This document shows positions 61,275 through 64,000 of a DNA stretch of 64,000 nt, in pieces; the stretch's first letter is position 1, and the number at the start of each line of letters is the position of its first letter. The notes beneath the pieces were generated by a model. The model was not told the DNA's origin. It saw only the letters and a list, made by a program, of their open reading frames with translations, and ran no database searches. The position numbers and the translations under genes are program-made. Source of the stretch: Fimbriosthenelais zetlandica (taxonomy: Eukaryota); NCBI GenBank assembly GCA_977030845.1, contig OZ365115.1, positions 20,708,001-20,772,000 of the forward strand, given 5' to 3'.

Positions 61275-62440
61275 CTTCATGACATCAATGTGAACGCTCA
61301 AGATGGATTTATATTCCACCGATAAAAGACCAGTTTAAATGGAGGCATGTAACTGCATGATGATTGTCAATTTCTCATCCATTTGGAAGAGAATTTGACA
61401 TTAGTCGCGCAAATAGGCTAACACTCTGTCAGACTGTTACTGGTTCCCAATATGGTACACATTAAAAAGTAGAGTTACATATTGTGAATATAGTAATTTA
61501 ATTAGAATAAATTTCTACCTCATTGATGTTTTTCCGCACACATTAGTTATAAACTCACGTATATCCTATAACTGTAGCTATATGTATATATAGGGAGCCA
61601 TTTCACGGACGACACGACGGTTTCCCCTTGCATGCATGATGCCACAACCGTTCCTACCAATTCCCTCCTAGCTCTTCATGAGCGACAGAATAATGCATGT
61701 GGCAAACCGCAATTTGAGGGGTCCGTAACTTCAGATATTCTGCTTTGGCTGTCATGTCCAGTGAAACCGAGAAAGGTGTCAATGTAAAATGAAGACAGAC
61801 AGGCCACTCCGGACTTTGTCAGATATATCACGTAAATTATTTGATTTTAATATGTATGTGCACATAATGTATTGCTTGAACAAGATTTATGAGGATTTCC
61901 ACAATGTACACCTGTTCCTCTTTTGTCTCCTCATGCACTCAAGTCACGGGAGAGGAAACACAATTCATAACCTGTATGAGAATATGGAAGAACATTCCAA
62001 AGCAGTTTAAGAATTAAGATGTTCTGGGGCTTTTGTAAAGACATCCTTTCAAAAATGTGAATTTGCTAGACCAGGGTCATCTTTGGGTCGGCATCTTATA
62101 TGGTCTAGTCACCGGTTATAAGTTTACAAAGGATGCAGGCAAGACAACTTTATCCAGTGCCGGTGTCCACAAGAACTGATTAGTTTGTTAAATAATTAAG
62201 TTGATTAAGGCAATTTCCTCAAGGCTTCGGGCTAATCGTGTGGACCATGCCCCGGTCCTTTTTGGCCAAATTTGGAAGCTGGCAAAGTATTGCCAATTCT
62301 ATTTGGGAAATAAGGTTATGATGACAATGGATGGACAATGATGGCTGAATTGATTATGAAATACTCGTATCAAAGCATACAAAGGAACTGGACCTCTATG
62401 CTAAATATCTTGGCGTACCGGTTTAAGTGCTGATTATATA
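61275..62440 (+). pseudogene. Degraded ankyrin-repeat-like coding remnant
   Basis: Four same-strand fragments: HDINVNAQDG...AQIG*HSVRLLL; EKGVNV/NEDRQATP; DAGKTTLSSAGVHKN*LVC; YDDNGWTMM. Compare GADVNxxDxxGxTPLHxAxxxGxxxxVxLLL; stops and frameshifts. Confidence 0.3.
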
Positions 62441-64000
62441 TGTTAGAATATGCAAGACATTATAATTACACATGGAGTTTAATTATTTTCAGCCTATATA
62501 CTTCCATTTCCCTGGTCCAAATATTGACCACATTGTATTTAAATTAACTCCAGGTCATTGACATTAGACCCCATGGAGTCCTCCTTATACTTAATGTCTT
62601 TAATTCCTGGAGGGCAATGTCCACTTTGATATCTTAAGGCAATCAGTGCATTATTCTAATCTTAAATCAAAAATCCTTATCGGTAACATATGTACACAGT
62701 CAGATGTTTCTTCAGCTCAAGTGTGTGGATACTATACAATGTAGCACCCATGAAGAGACACTCAGCCCCAGCCTTATCTCTGTTGTTGTGGATCAAATCT
62801 TTACATACATGTTCATGTCACGTATTCAGCTGTTGATAACTTCTGGAATTTTGTCCTGGGGGCAGGAGTATGTTGCATGAAAAGAAAAATCTGCTTGATC
62901 GCTATAGACTCTGTGCGATATATTTCAATTCCCAGCAGTACATCTGCACGAAAAGAACAAGCCATTTTAAATTATCTTAATTAACATACAGAAGCCTCAA
63001 ATGTTCATTTTAACAGAATTATCTGATAATAGAGAACGACACATTTTCAGTATATTTCAGTAGTCAATATAGACTGAGAAAATCCTACTGAATTTATTTA
63101 TCACTGAAAACGTGTATTTCCTTTCAGTCAAATACTTCTCTCCCGTATCATGTCTGTTCATAAGGAAATGAAACTTTCCTCCCAAAATAAATTAATGTTT
63201 TATTGACATTAAAATACCAATATTGATTTCAGTTCCGCACCTTTAGGTCTTTGTTGTTAGTCACACTCCCGTCTTTCATCATCATCATACTTACACTAAA
63301 CCATTTTTGTCAACAGAGCTTCATTTTTATGCAACAAACATATTCAGTTGAAAGCTTGTATCATTAGAAGGAAACAAACTGTTTTATGCAAAGGATTATC
63401 CATTCAAATGAAAAGTTGTTGCATTTGAAGGACGCATAACATTATGAAGGTCAGTGTGTCATTCCCCGGAACACACCATGCATTGGCACACTGACCCTGC
63501 TCAAGACTAAAGAAACTTTAGGTGGAAAAACTGGTAGGTGGAAAAAATCCTACCTGTGACGTAAAAATATGAGTAGGTTAGTGATAAAACATCTAGAGTG
63601 GTCTCAAGTGTGGGTCGACAGGGAGCAGGCTAGCTATGTTTATGACCTTCTCTAGAGCTTGGTGTGATCCTTCCTCAGTTTTTAATCCATGTATTCTTTT
63701 TCGATGGCAGAATGCTTGTCTGTTTACTGACAAGGCTTTTTGATGATGGACTTTTGTTTGGTTCTCACACATCAAGAGTTTGGATGGTTTGCGACTGTTT
63801 TACATCAAACTATATGAGTTTAGATCTACTATTTCGAGTATTTTCATCGATTATTTTCATTTAAACCCATCCAAAATAGAGTTTAGAAAAAGTTCAATAT
63901 CTCGAATTAGGTATTTGAGATGGTCCATGTTATTTTAAATTAGTTTACATGTATTGTTTAATTTCATATTTCCTCCATGCACTCTTCTATATTCCCCTTG

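Noticed and set aside
62120-62150. DAGKTTL as a P-loop NTPase/Roc motif
   Set aside because: Lacks the first Gly of GxxxxGKT, and neighbouring fragments fit ankyrin repeats better.
1-64000. rRNA, tRNA, CRISPR arrays, operons or intact transposase/RT genes
   Set aside because: No conserved rRNA blocks, no cloverleaf with A/B boxes, no repeat-spacer array and no long non-repetitive ORF were seen; the sequence is eukaryotic in character.

Overview
This is AT-rich (roughly 35-40% GC by eye), CpG-depleted eukaryotic genomic DNA, not prokaryotic or viral. It has GT-AG splice signals, metazoan promoter motifs (ETS, CRE, E-box, YY1, CCAAT, CTCF-like) and a large excess of the palindrome TAGGCCTA. 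An invertebrate deuterostome such as an echinoderm is my guess, by inference only. I found no intact recognisable protein-coding gene, rRNA, tRNA or CRISPR array, and almost all ORFs in the supplied track look spurious. Much of the window is decayed non-LTR retrotransposon (at least 6-7 LINE remnants recognised from broken ORF1, endonuclease and RT motifs), plus simple and tandem repeats, several CpG-rich promoter-like islands and degraded gene fragments (C2H2 zinc fingers, TIL-like, DED-like, ankyrin-like). The most structured object is a ~2.8 kb TA-flanked putative DNA transposon (33742-36576). It carries 10-bp-phased subterminal repeats, a CTCF-like site inside an inverted repeat, a YY1/E-box promoter, a predicted 4-exon transcript and a disabled pipsqueak-type HTH. 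Other leads are a candidate orphan Tyr/Pro-rich spliced gene and two near-perfect pre-miRNA-sized hairpins. All protein-family calls come from manual translation and remembered consensus motifs; no database search was run.
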